Source: Eledone cirrhosa (lineage: Eukaryota). Taken from it: DNA of 64,000 bases. The DNA lies in NCBI GenBank assembly GCA_964016885.1, contig OZ024740.1, positions 12,834,001 to 12,898,000 on the forward strand. Reading direction: 5' to 3'. Under the pieces are notes generated by a model, which did no database searches, was not told where the DNA came from, and saw only the letters and a list, made by a program, of their open reading frames with translations. Every line of letters begins with the position of its first letter. Positions within the stretch are counted from its first letter, which is position 1. A program made the translations under genes and the position numbers. Of this stretch, positions 11,701 to 25,599 are shown piece after piece.

Positions 11701-14700
11701 GTCTCTAGTCTAATGTCTTGACTCTAGTCTAATGTCTCTAGTCTATTGTCTTGTCTCTAGTCTAATGTCTTGTCTCTAGTCTAATGTCTCTAGTCTAATG
11801 TCTTGTCTCTAGTCTAATGTCTTGTCTCTAGTCTAATGTCTCTAGTCTAATGTCTTGTCTCTAGTCTAATGTCTTGTCTCTAGTCTAATGTCTTGTCTCT
11901 AGTCTAATGTCTCTAGTCTAATGTCTTGTCTCTAGTTTAATGTCTTGTCTCTAGTCTAATGTCTCTAGTCTAATGTCTCTAGTCTAATGTCTTGTCTCTA
12001 GTATAAAGTCTCTAGTCTAATATGTTGTCTCTAGTCTAATGACTTGTCTCTAGCCTAATGTCTTGTCTCTAGTCTAATATCTTGTCTCTAGTCTAATGTC
12101 TTGTCTCTAGTCTAATGTCTTGACTCTAGTCTAATGTCTTGTCTCTAGTGTAATGTCTCTAGACTATCTAGTCTAATGTCTCTAGGCTAATGTCCTGTCT
12201 CTAGTCTAATGTCACTAGTCTAATGTCTTTGTCTAGTCTAATGTCTCTAGTCTAATGTCTCTAGTCTAATGTCTTGTCTCTAGTCTAATGTCTTGTCTCT
12301 AGTCTAATGTCTCTAGTCTAATGTCTTGTCTCTAGTCTAATGTCTTGTCTCTAGTCTAATGTCTCTAGTCTAATGTCTTGTCTCTAGTATAATGTCTCTA
12401 GTCTAATATGTTGTCTCTAGACTAATGACTTGTCTCTAGCCTAATGTCTTGTCTCTAGTCTAATATCTTGTCTCTAGTCTAATGTCTTGTCTCTAGTCTA
12501 ATGTCTTGACTCTAGTCTAATGTCTTGTCTCTAGTGTAATGTCTCTAGACTATCTAATCTAATGTCTCTAGGCTAATGTCCTGTCTCTAGTCTAATGTCA
12601 CTAGTCTAATATCTTGTCTCTAGTCTAATGTCTCTAGTCTAATGTCTTGTCTCTAGTCTAATGTCTTGTCTCTAGTCTAATGTCTCTAGTCTAATGTCTT
12701 GTCTCTAGTCTAATGTCTTGTCACTAGTCTAATGTCTTGTCTCTAGTATAATGTCTTGTCTCTAGTCTAATGTCTCTAGTCTAATGACTTGTCTCTACTC
12801 TAAAGTCTTGTCCCTAGTCTAATGTCTGTAGTCTAATGTCTTGTCTCTAGTCTAATGTCTTGTCTCTAGTCTAATGTCTCTAGTCTAATGTCTTGTCTCT
12901 ACTCTAACGTCTTGTCTCTAGTCTAATGTCTCTAGTCTAATGTCTCTAGTCTAATGTCTTGTTTCTAGTCTAATGTCTCTAGTCTAATGTCTTGTCTCTA
13001 GTCTAACGTCTTGTCTCTAGTCTATATCTCTAGTGTAATGTCTTGACTCTAGTCTAATGTCTTGTCTCTAGTCTAACGTCTTGTCTCTAGTCTAATGTCG
13101 CTAGTCTAATATCTTGTCTCTAGTCTAATGTCTCTAGTCTAATGTCTTGTCTCTAGTATAATGTCTCTAGTCTAATATGTTGTCTCTAGTCTAATGACTT
13201 GTCTCTAGCCTAATGTCTTGTCTCTTGTCTAATATCTTGTCTCTAGTCTAATGTCTTGTCTCTAGTCTAATGTCTTGACTCTAGTCTAATGTCTTGTCTC
13301 TAGTGTAATGTCTCTAGACTATCTACTCTAATGTCTCTAGGCTAATGTCCTGTCTCTAGTCTAATCTCACTAGTCTAATGTCTTGTGTCTAGTCTAATGT
13401 CTCTAGTCTAATGTCTTGACTCTAGTTAAATATCTTGTCTCTAGTCTAATGTCTCTAGTCTAATGTCTTGTCTCTAGTCTAATGTCTTGTCTCTAGTCTA
13501 ATGTCTCTAGTCTAATGTCTTGTCTCTAGTCTAATGTCTTATCTCTAGTCTAATGTCTCTAGTCTAATGTCTTGTCTCTAGTCTAATGTCTCTAGTCTAA
13601 TGTCTTGTCTCTAGTCTAATATCTTGTCTCTAGTCTAATGTCTCTAGTCTAATGTCTTGTCTCTAGTCTAATATCTTGTCTCTAGTCTAATGTCTCTAGT
13701 CTAATGTCTTGTCTCTAGTCTAATGTCTCTAGTCTAATATGTTGTCTCTAGTCTAATGACTTGTCTCTAGCCTAATGTCTTGTCTCTAGTCTAATATCTT
13801 GTCTCTAGTCTAATGTCTCTAGTCTAATGTCTTGTCTCTAGTCTAATATCTTGTCTCTAGTCTAATGTCTTGTCTCTAGTCTAATGTCTTGTCTCTAGTC
13901 TAATGTCTCTAGTCTAATGTCTTGTCTCTACTCTAACGTCTTGTCTCTAGTCTAATGTCTCTAGTCTAATGTCTCTAGTGTAATGTCTTGTCTCTAGTCT
14001 AATGTCTCTAGTCTAATGTCTTGTCTCTAGTCTAATATCTTGTCTCTAGTCTAATGTCTCTAGTCTAATGTCTTGTCTCCAGTCTAACGTCTTGTCTCTA
14101 GTCTAATGTCTCTAGTCTAATATCTTGTCACTAGTCTAATGTCTGATCTCTAGTCTAATGTCTCTAGTCTAATGTCTCTAGGCTAATGTCTTGTCTCTAG
14201 TCTAATGTCTCTATTCTAATGTCTCTAGGCTAATGTTTTGTCTCTAGTCTAATGTCTCTAGTCTAATGTCTTGTCTCTAGAGTAATGTCTCTAGTCTAAT
14301 GTCTCTAGTCTAATGTCTCTAGTCTAATGTCTTGTCTCTAGTCTAATGTCTCTAGTCTAATGTCTCTAGTCTAATGTCTTGACTCTAGTCTAATGTCTTG
14401 TCTCTAGTCTAATGTCTTGTCTCTAGTCTAATGTCTCTTGTCTAATGTCTCTAGTCTAATGTCTTGTCTCTAGTCTAATGTCTTGTACCTCGTCTAATGT
14501 CTCTAGTCTAATGTCTTGTCTCTAGTCTAATATCTTGTCTCTAGTCTAATGTCTTGACTCTAGTCTAATGTCTCTAGTCTAGTGTCTTGTCTCTAGTCTA
14601 ATGTCTTGTCTCTAGTCTAATGTCTCTAGTCTAATGTCTTGTCTCTAGTCTAATGTCTTGTCTCTAGTCTAATGTCTCTAGTCTAATGTCTTGTCTCTAG

Positions 14701-17700
14701 TCTAATGTCTTGTCTCTAGTCTAATGTCTTGTCTCTAGTCTAATGTCTCTAGTCTAATGTCTTGTCTCTAGTTTAATGTCTTGTCTCTAGTCTAATGTCT
14801 CTAGTCTAATGTCTCTAGTCTAATGTCTTGTCTCTAGTATAAAGTCTCTAGTCTAATATGTTGTCTCTAGTCTAATGACTTGTCTCTAGCCTAATGTCTT
14901 GTCTCTAGTATAATATCTTGTCTCTAGTCTAATGTCTTGTCTCTAGTCTAATGTCTTGACTCTAGTCTAATGTCTTGTCTCTAGTGTAATGTCTCTAGAC
15001 TATCTAGTCTAATGTCTCTAGGCTAATGTCCTGTCTCTAGTCTAATGTCACTAGTCTAATGTCTTGTGTCTAGTCTAATGTCTCTAGTCTAATGTCTTGT
15101 CTCTAGTCTAATGTCTTGTCTCTAGTCTAATGTCTTGTCTCTAGTCTTATATCTCTAGTCTAATGTCTTGTCTCTAGTCTAATGTCTTGTCTCTAGTCTA
15201 ATGTCTCTAGTCTAATGTCTCTAGTATAATATGTTGTCTCTAGTCTAATGACTTGTCTCTAGCCTAATGTCTTGTCTCTAGTCTAATATCTTGTCTCTAG
15301 TCTAATGTCTTGTCTCTAGTCTAATGTCTTGACTCTAGTCTAATGTCTTGTCTCTAGTGTAATGTCTCTAGACTATCTAGTCTAATGTCTCTAGGCTAAT
15401 GTCCTGTCTCTAGTCTAATGTCACTAGTCTAATGTCTTGTGACTAGTCTAATGTCTCTAGTCTAATGTCTTGACTCTAGTTAAATATCTTGTCTCTAGTC
15501 TAATGTCTCTAGTCTAATGTCTTGTCTCTAGTCTAATGTCTTGTCTCTAGTCTAATGTCTCTAGTCTAATGTCTTGTCTCTACTCTAACGTCTTGTCTCT
15601 AGTCTAATGTCTCTAGTCTAATGTCTCTAGTGTAATGTCTTGTTTCTAGTCTAATGTCTCTAGTCTAATGTCTTGTCTCTAGTCTAATATCTTGTCTCTA
15701 GTCTAATGTCTTGTCTCTAGTCTAATGTCTCTAGTCTAAAGTCTCTAGTCTAATGTCTTGTCTCTAGTCTAACGTCTTGTCTCTAGTCTATATCTCTAGT
15801 TTAATGTCTTGACTCTAGTCTAATGTCTTGTCTCTAGTCTAACGTCTTGTCTCTAGTCTAATATCTTGTCTCTAGTCTAATGTCTCTAGTCTAATATCTT
15901 GTCTCTAGTCTAATGTCTTGTCTCTAGTCTAATATCTTGTCTCTAGTCTAATGTCTCTAGTCTAATGTCTTGTCTCTAGTCTAATATCTTGTCTCTAGTC
16001 TAATGTCTCTAGTCTAATGTCTTGTCTCTACTCTAATGTCTTGTCTCTAGTCTAATGTCTCTAGTCTAATGTTTGTCTCTACTCTAACGTCTTGTCTCTA
16101 GTCTAATGTCTCTAGTCTAATGTCTCTAGTGTAATGTCTTGTTTCTAGTCTAATGTCTCTAGTCTAATGTCTTGTCTCTAGTCTAATATCTTGTCTCTAG
16201 GCTAATGTCTTGTCTCTAGTCTAATGTCTCTAGTCTAATGTCTTGTCTCTAGTCTAATGTCTTGTCTCTAGTCTTTATCTCTAGTGTAATGTCTTGACTC
16301 TAGTCTAATGTCTTGTCTCTAATCTAACGTCTTGTCTCTAGTCTAATATCTTGTCTCTAGTCTAATGTCTCTAGTCTAATGTCTTGTCTCTAGTATAATG
16401 TCTCTAGTCTAATATGTTGTCTCTAGTCTAATGACTTGTCTCTAGCCTAATGTCTTGTCTCTAGTCTAATATCTTGTCTCTAGTCTAATGTCTTGTCTCT
16501 AGTCTAATGTCTTGACTCTAGTCTAATGTCTTGTCTCTAGTGTAATGTCTCTAGACTATCTACTCTAATGTCTCTAGGCTAATGTCCTGTCTCTAGTCTA
16601 ATCTCACTAGTCTAATGTCTTGTGTCTAGTCTAATGTCTCTAGTCTAATGTCTTGTCTCTAGTCTAATGTCTTATCTCTAGTCTAATGTCTCTAGTCTAA
16701 TGTCTTGTCTCTAGTCTAATGTCTTTAGTCTAATGTCTTGTCTCTAGTCTAATATCTTGTCTCTAGTCTAATGTCTCTAGTCTAATGTCTTGTCTCTAGT
16801 CTAATATCTTATCTCTAGTCTAATGTCTCTAGTCTAATGTCTTGTCTCTAGTCTAATGTCTCTAGTCTAATATGTTGTCTCTAGTCTAATGACTTGTCTC
16901 TAGCCTAATGTCTTGTCTCTAGTCTAATATCTTGTCTCTAGTCTAATGTCTCTAGTCTAATGTCTTGTCTCTAGTCTAATATCTTGTCTCTAGTCTAATA
17001 TCTCTAGTCTAATGTCTTGTTTCTAGTCTAATGTCTTGTCTCTAGTCTAATGTCTCTAGTCTAATGTCTTGTCTCTACTCTAACGTCTTGTCTCTAGTCT
17101 AATGTCTCTAGTCTAATGTCTCTAGTGTAATGTCTTGTCTCTAGTCTAATGTCTCTAGTCTAATGTCTTGTCTCTAGTCTAATATCTTGTCTCTAGTCTA
17201 ATGTCTCTAGTCTAATGTCTTGTCTCTAGTCTAACGTCTTGTCTCTAGTCTAATGTCTCTAGTCTAATATCTTGTCACTAGTCTAATGTCTGATCTCTAG
17301 TCTAATGTCTTGTATCTAGTCTAATGTCTTGTCTCTAGTCTAATGTCTCTAGTCTAATGTCTTGTCTCTAGTCTAATGTCTCTAGTCTAATGTCTCTAGG
17401 CTAATGTCTTGTCTCTAGTCTAATGTCTCTAGTCTCATGTCTTGACTCTAGTCTAATGTCTTGTTTCTAGTCTAATATCTTGTCTCTAGTCTAATGTCTT
17501 GTCTCTAGTCTAAAGTCTCTAGTCTAATGTCTTGTCTCTAGTCTAATGTCTCTAGTCTAATGTCTCTAGTCTAATGTCTTGTCTCTAGTCTAATGTCTCT
17601 AGTCTAATGTCTTGTCTCTAGTCTAATGTCTTGTCTCTAGTCTAATGTCTCTAGTCTAATGTCTTGTCTCTAGTCTAATGTCTCTAGTCTAATGTCTTGT

Positions 17701-20069
17701 CTCTAGTCTAATATCTTGTCTCTAGTCTAATGTCTCTTGTCTAATGTCTCTAGTCTAATGTCTTGTCTCTAGTCTAATGTCTTGTCCCTCGTCTAATGTC
17801 TCTAGTCTAATGTCTTGTCTCTAGTCTAATATCTTGTCTCTAGTCTAATGTCTTGACTCTAGTCTAATGTCTCTAGTCTAATGTCTTGTCTCTAGTCTAA
17901 TGTCTTGTCTCTAGTCTAATGTCTCTAGTCTAATGTCTTGTCTCTAGTCTAATGTCTTGTCTCTAGTCTAATGTCTCTAGTCTAATGTCTTGTCTCTAGT
18001 CTAATGTCTTGTTTCTAGTCTAATGTCTTGTCTCTAGTCTAATGTCTCTAGTCTAATGTCTTGTCTCTAGTTTAATGTCTTGTCTCTAGTCTAATGTCTC
18101 TAGTCTAATGTCTCTAGTCTAATGTCTTGTCTCTAGTATAATGTCTCTAGTCTAATATGTTGTCTCTAGTCTAATGACTTGTCTCTAGCCTAATGTCTTG
18201 TCTCTAGTCTAATATCTTGTCTCTAGTCTAATGTCTTGTCTCTAGTCTAATGTCTTGACTCTAGTCTAATGTCTTGTCTCTAGTGTAATGTCTCTAGACT
18301 ATCTAGTCTAATGTCTCTAGGCTAATGTCCTGTCTCTAGTCTAATGTCACTAGTCTAATGTCTTGTGTCTAGTCTAATGTCTCTAGTCTTGTGTCTAGTC
18401 TAATGTCTCTAGTCTTGTCTCTAGTCTAATATCTTGTCTCTAGTCTAATGTCTTGTCTCTAGTCTAATGTCTCTAGTCTAATGTCTTGTCTCTAGTCTAA
18501 CGTCTTGTCTCTAGTCTATATCTCTAGTGTAATGTCTTGACTCTAGTCTAATGTCTTGTCTCTAGTCTAACGTCTTGTCTCTAGTCTAATGTCTCTAGTC
18601 TAATATCTTGTCTCTAGTCTAATGTCTCTAGTCTAATGTCTTGTCTCTAGTATAATGTCTCTAGTTTAATATGTTGTCTCTAGTCTAATGACTTGTCTCT
18701 AGCCTAATGTCTTGTCTCTAGTCTAATATCTTGTCTCTAGTCTAATGTCTTGTCTCTAGTCTAATGTCTTGACTCTAGTCTAATGTCTTGTCTCTAGTGT
18801 AATGTCTCTAGACTATCTAGTCTAATGTCTCTAGGCTAATGTCCTGTCTCTAGTCTAATCTCACTAGTCTAATGTCTTGTGTCTAGTCTAATGTCTCTAG
18901 TCTAATGTCTTGACTCTAGTTAAATATCTTATCTCTAGTCTAATGTCTCTAGTCTAATGTCTTGTCTCTAGTCTAATGTCTTGTCTCTAGTCTAATGTCT
19001 CTAGTCTAATGTCTTGTCTCTAGTCTAATGTCTTATCTCTAGTCTAATGTCTCTAGTCTAATGTCTTGTCTCTAGTCTAATGTCTCTAGTCTAATGTCTT
19101 GTCTCTAGTCTAATATCTTGTCTCTAGTCTAATGTCTCTAGTCTAATGTCTTGTCTCTAGTCTAATATCTTGTCTCTAGTCTAATGTCTCTAGTCTAATG
19201 TCTTGTCTCTAGTCTAATGTCTCTAGTCTAATATGTTGTCTCTAGTCTAATGACTTGTCTCTAGGCTAATGTTTGTCTCTAGTCTAATATCTTGTCTCTA
19301 GTCTAATGTCTCTAGTCTAATGTCTTGTCTCTAGTCTAATATCTTGTCTCTAGTCTAATGTCTCTAGTCTAATGTCTTGTCTCTAGTCTAATGTCTTGTC
19401 TCTACTCTAACGTCTTGTCTCTAGTCTAATGTCTCTAGTGTAATGTCTTGTCTCTAGTCTAATGTCTTGTCTCTAATCTAATGTCTTGTCTCTAGTCTAA
19501 TGTCTCTAGTCTAATGTCTTGTCTCTAGTCTAATATCTTGTCTCTAGTCTAATGTCTTGTCTCTAGTCTAATGTCTCTAGTCTAATGTCTTGTTTCTAGT
19601 CTAATGTCTCTAGTCTAATGTCTTGTCTCTAGTCTAATATCTTGTCTCTAGTCTAATGTCTTGTCTCTAGTCTAATGTCTCTAGTCTAATGTCTTGTCTC
19701 TAGTCTAACGTCTTGTCTCTAGTCTATATCTCTAGTGTAATGTCTTGACTCTAGTCTAATGTCTTTTCTCTAGTCTAACGTCTTGTCTCTAGTCTAATGT
19801 CTCTAGTCTAATATCTTGTCTCTAGTCTAATGTCTCTAGTCTAATATCTTGTCACTAGTCTAATGTCTCTAGTCTAATATCTTGTCACTAGTCTAATGTC
19901 TGATCTCTAGTCTAATGTCTTGTATCTTGTCTAATGTCTTGTCTCTAGTCTAATGTCTTGTCTCTAGTCTAATGTCTTGTCTCTAGTCTTATATCTCTAG
20001 TCTAATGTCTTGTCTCTAGTCTAATGTCTTGTCTCTAGTCTAATGTCTCTAGTCTAATGTCTCTAGTCT

Positions 20070-23000
20070 AATATGTTGTCTCTAGTCTAATGACTTGTCT
20101 CTAGCCTAATGTCTTGTCTCTAGTCTAATATCTTGTCTCTAGTCTAATGTCTTGTCTCTAGTCTAATGTCTTGACTCTAGTCTAATGTCTTGTCTCTAGT
20201 GTAATGTCTCTAGACTATCTAGTCTAATGTCTCTAAGCTAATGTCCTGTCTCTAGTCTAATGTCACTAGTCTAATGTCTTGTGACTAGTCTAATGTCTCT
20301 AGTCTAATGTCTTGACTCTAGTTAAATATCTTGTCTCTAGTCTAATGTCTCTAGTCTAATGTCTTGTCTCTAGTCTAATGTCTCTAGTCTAATGTCTTGT
20401 CTCTAGTCTAATGTCTTGTCTCTAGTCTAATGTCTCTAGTCTAATGTCTTGTCTCTAGTCTAATGTCTTGTCTCTAGTATAATGTCTTGTCTCTAGTCTA
20501 ATGTCTCTAGTCTAATGACTTGTCTCTACTCTAATGTCTTGTCCCTAGTCTAATGTCTGTAGTCTAATGTCTTGTCTCTAGTCTAATGTCTTGTCTCTAG
20601 TATAATGTCTTGTCTCTAATCTAATGTCTCTAGTCTAATATCTTGTCTCTAGTCTAATGTCTCTAGTCTAATATCTTGTCACTAGTCTAATGTCTCTAGT
20701 CTAATATCTTGTCACTAGTCTAATGTCTGATCTCTAGTCTAATGTCTTGTATCTTGTCTAATGTCTTGTCTCTAGTCTAATGTCTTCTCTCTAGTCTAAT
20801 GTCTTGTCTCTAGTCTTATATCTCTAGTCTAATGTCTTGTCTCTAGTCTAATGTCTTGTCTCTAGTCTAATGTCTCTAGTCTAATGTCTCTAGTCTAATA
20901 TGTTGTCTCTAGTCTAATGACTTGTCTCTAGCCTAATGTCTTGTCTCTAATCTAATATCTTGTCTCTAGTCTAATGTCTTGTCTCTAGTCTAATGTCTTG
21001 ACTCTAGTCTAATGTCTTGTCTCTAGTGTAATGTCTCTAGACTATCTAGTCTAATGTCTCTAGGCTAATGTCCTGTCTCTAGTCTAATGTCACTAGTCTA
21101 ATGTCTTGTGACTAGTCTAATGTCTCTAGTCTAATGTCTTGACTCTAGTTAAATATCTTGTCTCTAGTCTAACGTCTCTAGTCTAATGTCTTGTCTCTAG
21201 TCTAATGTCTTGTCTCTAGTCTAATGTCTCTAGTCTAATGTCTTGTCTCTAGTCTAATGTCTTGTCTCTAGTCTAATGTCTCTAGTCTAATGTCTTGTCT
21301 CTAGTCTAATGTCTTGTCTCTAGTATAATGTCTTGTCTCTAGTCTAATGTCTCTAGTCTAATGACTTGTCTCTAATCTAATGTCTTGTCCCTAGTCTAAT
21401 GTCTGTAGTCTAATGTCTTGTCTCTAGTCTAATGTCTTGTCTCTAGTATAATGTCTTGTCTCTAGTATAATGTCTCTAGTCTAATATCTTGTCTCTAGTC
21501 TAATGTCTTGTCTCTAGTTTAATATCTCTAGTCTAATGTCTTGTCTCTAGTCTAATGTCTCTAGTCTAATGTCTTGTCTATAGTCTAATGTTTGTCTCTA
21601 GTCTAATATCTCTAGTCTAATGTCTCTCGTCTAATGTCTTGTCTCTAGTCTAACGTCTTGTCTCTAGTCTAATGTCTCTAGTCTAATGTCTTGTTTCTAG
21701 TCTGATGTCTCTAGTCAAATGTCTCTAGTCTAATGTCTCTAGTCTAATGTCTTGTATCTAGTCTCATGTCTTGTCTCTAGTCTAATGTCTCTAGTCTAAT
21801 GTCTTGTCTCTAGTCTAATGTCTCTAGTCTAATGTCTCTAGGCTAATGTCTTGTCTCTAGTCTAATGTCTCTAGTCTAATGTCTTGTCTCTAGTCTAATA
21901 TCTTGTCTCTAGTCTAATGTCTTGTCTCTAGTCTAATGTCTCTAGTCTAATGTCTTCTCTCTAGTCTAATGTCTCTAGTCTAATGTCTCTAGGCTAATGT
22001 CTTGTCTCTAGTCTAATGTCTCTAGGCTAATGTTTTGTCTCTAGTCTAATGTCTCTAGTCTAATGTCTTGTCTCTAGTCTAATGTCTCTACTCTAATGTC
22101 TCTAGTCTAATGTCTTGTCTCTAGTCTAATGTCTTGTCTCTAGTCTAATGTCTCTAGTCTAATGTCTTGTCTCTAGTCTAATGTCTTGTCTCTAGTCTAA
22201 TGTTTTTAGTCTAATGTCTCTAGTCTAATGTCTTGTCTCTAGTCTAATGTCTTGTCCCTCGTCTAATGTCTCTAGTCTAATGTCTTGTCTCTAGTCTAAT
22301 ATCTTGTCTCTAGTCTAATGTCTTGACTCTAGTCTAATGTCTCTAGTATAATGTCTTGTCTCTAGTCTAATGTCTTGTCTCTAGTCTAATGTCTCTAGTC
22401 TAATGTCTTGTCTCTAGTCTAATGTCTTGTCTCTAGTCTAATGTCTTGTCTCTAATCTAATGTCTCTAGTCTAATGTCTTGTCTCTAGTCTAATGTCTTG
22501 TCTCTAGTCTAATGTCTCTAGTCTAATGTCTTGTCTCTAGTATAATGTCTCTAGTCTAATATGTTGTCTCTAGTCTAATGACTTGTCTCTAGCCTAATGT
22601 CTTGTCTCTAGTCTAATATCTTGTCTCTAGTCTAATGTCTTGTCTCTAGTCTAATGTCTTGACTCTAGTCTAATGTCTTGTCTCTAGTGTAATGTCTCTA
22701 GACTATCTAGTCTAATGTCTCTAAGCTAATGTCCTGTCTCTAGTCTAATGTCACTAGTCTAATGTCTTGTGACTAGTCTAATGTCTCTAGTCTAATGTCT
22801 TGACTCTAGTTAAATATCTTGTCTCTAGTCTAATGTCTCTAGTCTAATGTCTTGTCTCTAGTCTAATGTCTCTAGTCTAATGTCTTGTCTCTAGTCTAAT
22901 GTCTTGTCTCTAGTCTAATGTCTCTAGTCTAATGTCTTGTCTCTAGTCTAATGTCTTGTCTCTAGTATAATGTCTTGTCTCTAGTCTAATGTCTCTAGTC

Positions 23001-25150
23001 TAATGACTTGTCTCTACTCTAATGTCTTGTCCCTAGTCTAATGTCTGTAGTCTAATGTCTTGTCTCTAGTCTAATGTCTTGTCTCTAGTATAATGTCTTG
23101 TCTCTAATCTAATGTCTCTAGTCTAATATCTTGTCTCTAGTCTAATGTCTCTAGTCTAATATCTTGTCACTAGTCTAATGTCTCTAGTCTAATATCTTGT
23201 CACTAGTCTAATGTCTGATCTCTAGTCTAATGTCTTGTATCTTGTCTAATGTCTTGTCTCTAGTCTAATGTCTTCTCTCTAGTCTAATGTCTTGTCTCTA
23301 GTCTTATATCTCTAGTCTAATGTCTTGTCTCTAGTCTAATGTCTTGTCTCTAGTCTAATGTCTCTAGTCTAATGTCTCTAGTCTAATATGTTGTCTCTAG
23401 TCTAATGACTTGTCTCTAGCCTAATGTCTTGTCTCTAATCTAATATCTTGTCTCTAGTCTAATGTCTTGTCTCTAGTCTAATGTCTTGACTCTAGTCTAA
23501 TGTCTTGTCTCTAGTGTAATGTCTCTAGACTATCTAGTCTAATGTCTCTAGGCTAATGTCCTGTCTCTAGTCTAATGTCACTAGTCTAATGTCTTGTGAC
23601 TAGTCTAATGTCTCTAGTCTAATGTCTTGACTCTAGTTAAATATCTTGTCTCTAGTCTAACGTCTCTAGTCTAATGTCTTGTCTCTAGTCTAATGTCTTG
23701 TCTCTAGTCTAATGTCTCTAGTCTAATGTCTTGTCTCTAGTCTAATGTCTTGTCTCTAGTCTAATGTCTCTAGTCTAATGTCTTGTCTCTAGTCTAATGT
23801 CTTGTCTCTAGTATAATGTCTTGTCTCTAGTCTAATGTCTCTAGTCTAATGACTTGTCTCTAATCTAATGTCTTGTCCCTAGTCTAATGTCTGTAGTCTA
23901 ATGTCTTGTCTCTAGTCTAATGTCTTGTCTCTAGTATAATGTCTTGTCTCTAGTATAATGTCTCTAGTCTAATATCTTGTCTCTAGTCTAATGTCTTGTC
24001 TCTAGTTTAATATCTCTAGTCTAATGTCTTGTCTCTAGTCTAATGTCTCTAGTCTAATGTCTTGTCTATAGTCTAATGTTTGTCTCTAGTCTAATATCTC
24101 TAGTCTAATGTCTCTCGTCTAATGTCTTGTCTCTAGTCTAACGTCTTGTCTCTAGTCTAATGTCTCTAGTCTAATGTCTTGTTTCTAGTCTGATGTCTCT
24201 AGTCAAATGTCTCTAGTCTAATGTCTCTAGTCTAATGTCTTGTATCTAGTCTCATGTCTTGTCTCTAGTCTAATGTCTCTAGTCTAATGTCTTGTCTCTA
24301 GTCTAATGTCTCTAGTCTAATGTCTCTAGGCTAATGTCTTGTCTCTAGTCTAATGTCTCTAGTCTAATGTCTTGTCTCTAGTCTAATATCTTGTCTCTAG
24401 TCTAATGTCTTGTCTCTAGTCTAATGTCTCTAGTCTAATGTCTTCTCTCTAGTCTAATGTCTCTAGTCTAATGTCTCTAGGCTAATGTCTTGTCTCTAGT
24501 CTAATGTCTCTAGGCTAATGTTTTGTCTCTAGTCTAATGTCTCTAGTCTAATGTCTTGTCTCTAGTCTAATGTCTCTACTCTAATGTCTCTAGTCTAATG
24601 TCTTGTCTCTAGTCTAATGTCTTGTCTCTAGTCTAATGTCTCTAGTCTAATGTCTTGTCTCTAGTCTAATGTCTTGTCTCTAGTCTAATGTTTTTAGTCT
24701 AATGTCTCTAGTCTAATGTCTTGTCTCTAGTCTAATGTCTTGTCCCTCGTCTAATGTCTCTAGTCTAATGTCTTGTCTCTAGTCTAATATCTTGTCTCTA
24801 GTCTAATGTCTTGACTCTAGTCTAATGTCTCTAGTATAATGTCTTGTCTCTAGTCTAATGTCTTGTCTCTAGTCTAATGTCTCTAGTCTAATGTCTTGTC
24901 TCTAGTCTAATGTCTTGTCTCTAGTCTAATGTCTTGTCTCTAATCTAATGTCTCTAGTCTAATGTCTTGTCTCTAGTCTAATGTCTTGTCTCTAGTCTAA
25001 TGTCTCTAGTCTAATGTCTTGTCTCTAGTATAATGTCTCTAGTCTAATATGTTGTCTCTAGTCTAATGACTTGTCTCTAGCCTAATGTCTTGTCTCTAGT
25101 CTAATATCTTGTCTCTAGTCTAATGTCTTGTCTCTAGTCTAATGTCTTGA
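20070..25150 (+). repeat. 2488-bp tandem duplication
   Basis: Markers taaGcta 20237/22725, tctGatg 21704/24192 and Gttttta 22202/24690 are all 2488 apart. Confidence 0.88.
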
Positions 25151-25599
25151 CTCTAGTCTAATGTCTTTTCTCTAGTCTAATATCTTGTCTCTAGTCTAAT
25201 GTCTCTAGTCTAATGTCTTGTCTCTAGTCTAATGTCTCTAGTCTAATGTCTTGTCTCTAGTATAATGTCTTGTCTCTAGTCTAATGTCTCTAGTCTAATG
25301 TCTCTAGTCTAATGTCTCTAGTCTAATGTCTTGTCTCTAGTCTAATGTCTTGTCCCTCGTCTAATGTCTCTAGTCTAATGTCTTGTCTCTAGTCTAATAT
25401 CTTGTCTCTAGTCTAATGTCTTGACTCTAGTCTAATGTCTCTAGTCTAATGTCTTGTCTCTAGTCTAATGTCTTGTCTCTAGTCTAATGTCTCTAGTCTA
25501 ATGTCTTGTCTCTAGTCTAATGTCTTGTCTCTAGTCTAATGTCTCTAGTCTAATGTCTTGTCTCTAGTCTAATGTCTTGTCTCTAGTCTAATGTCTTGT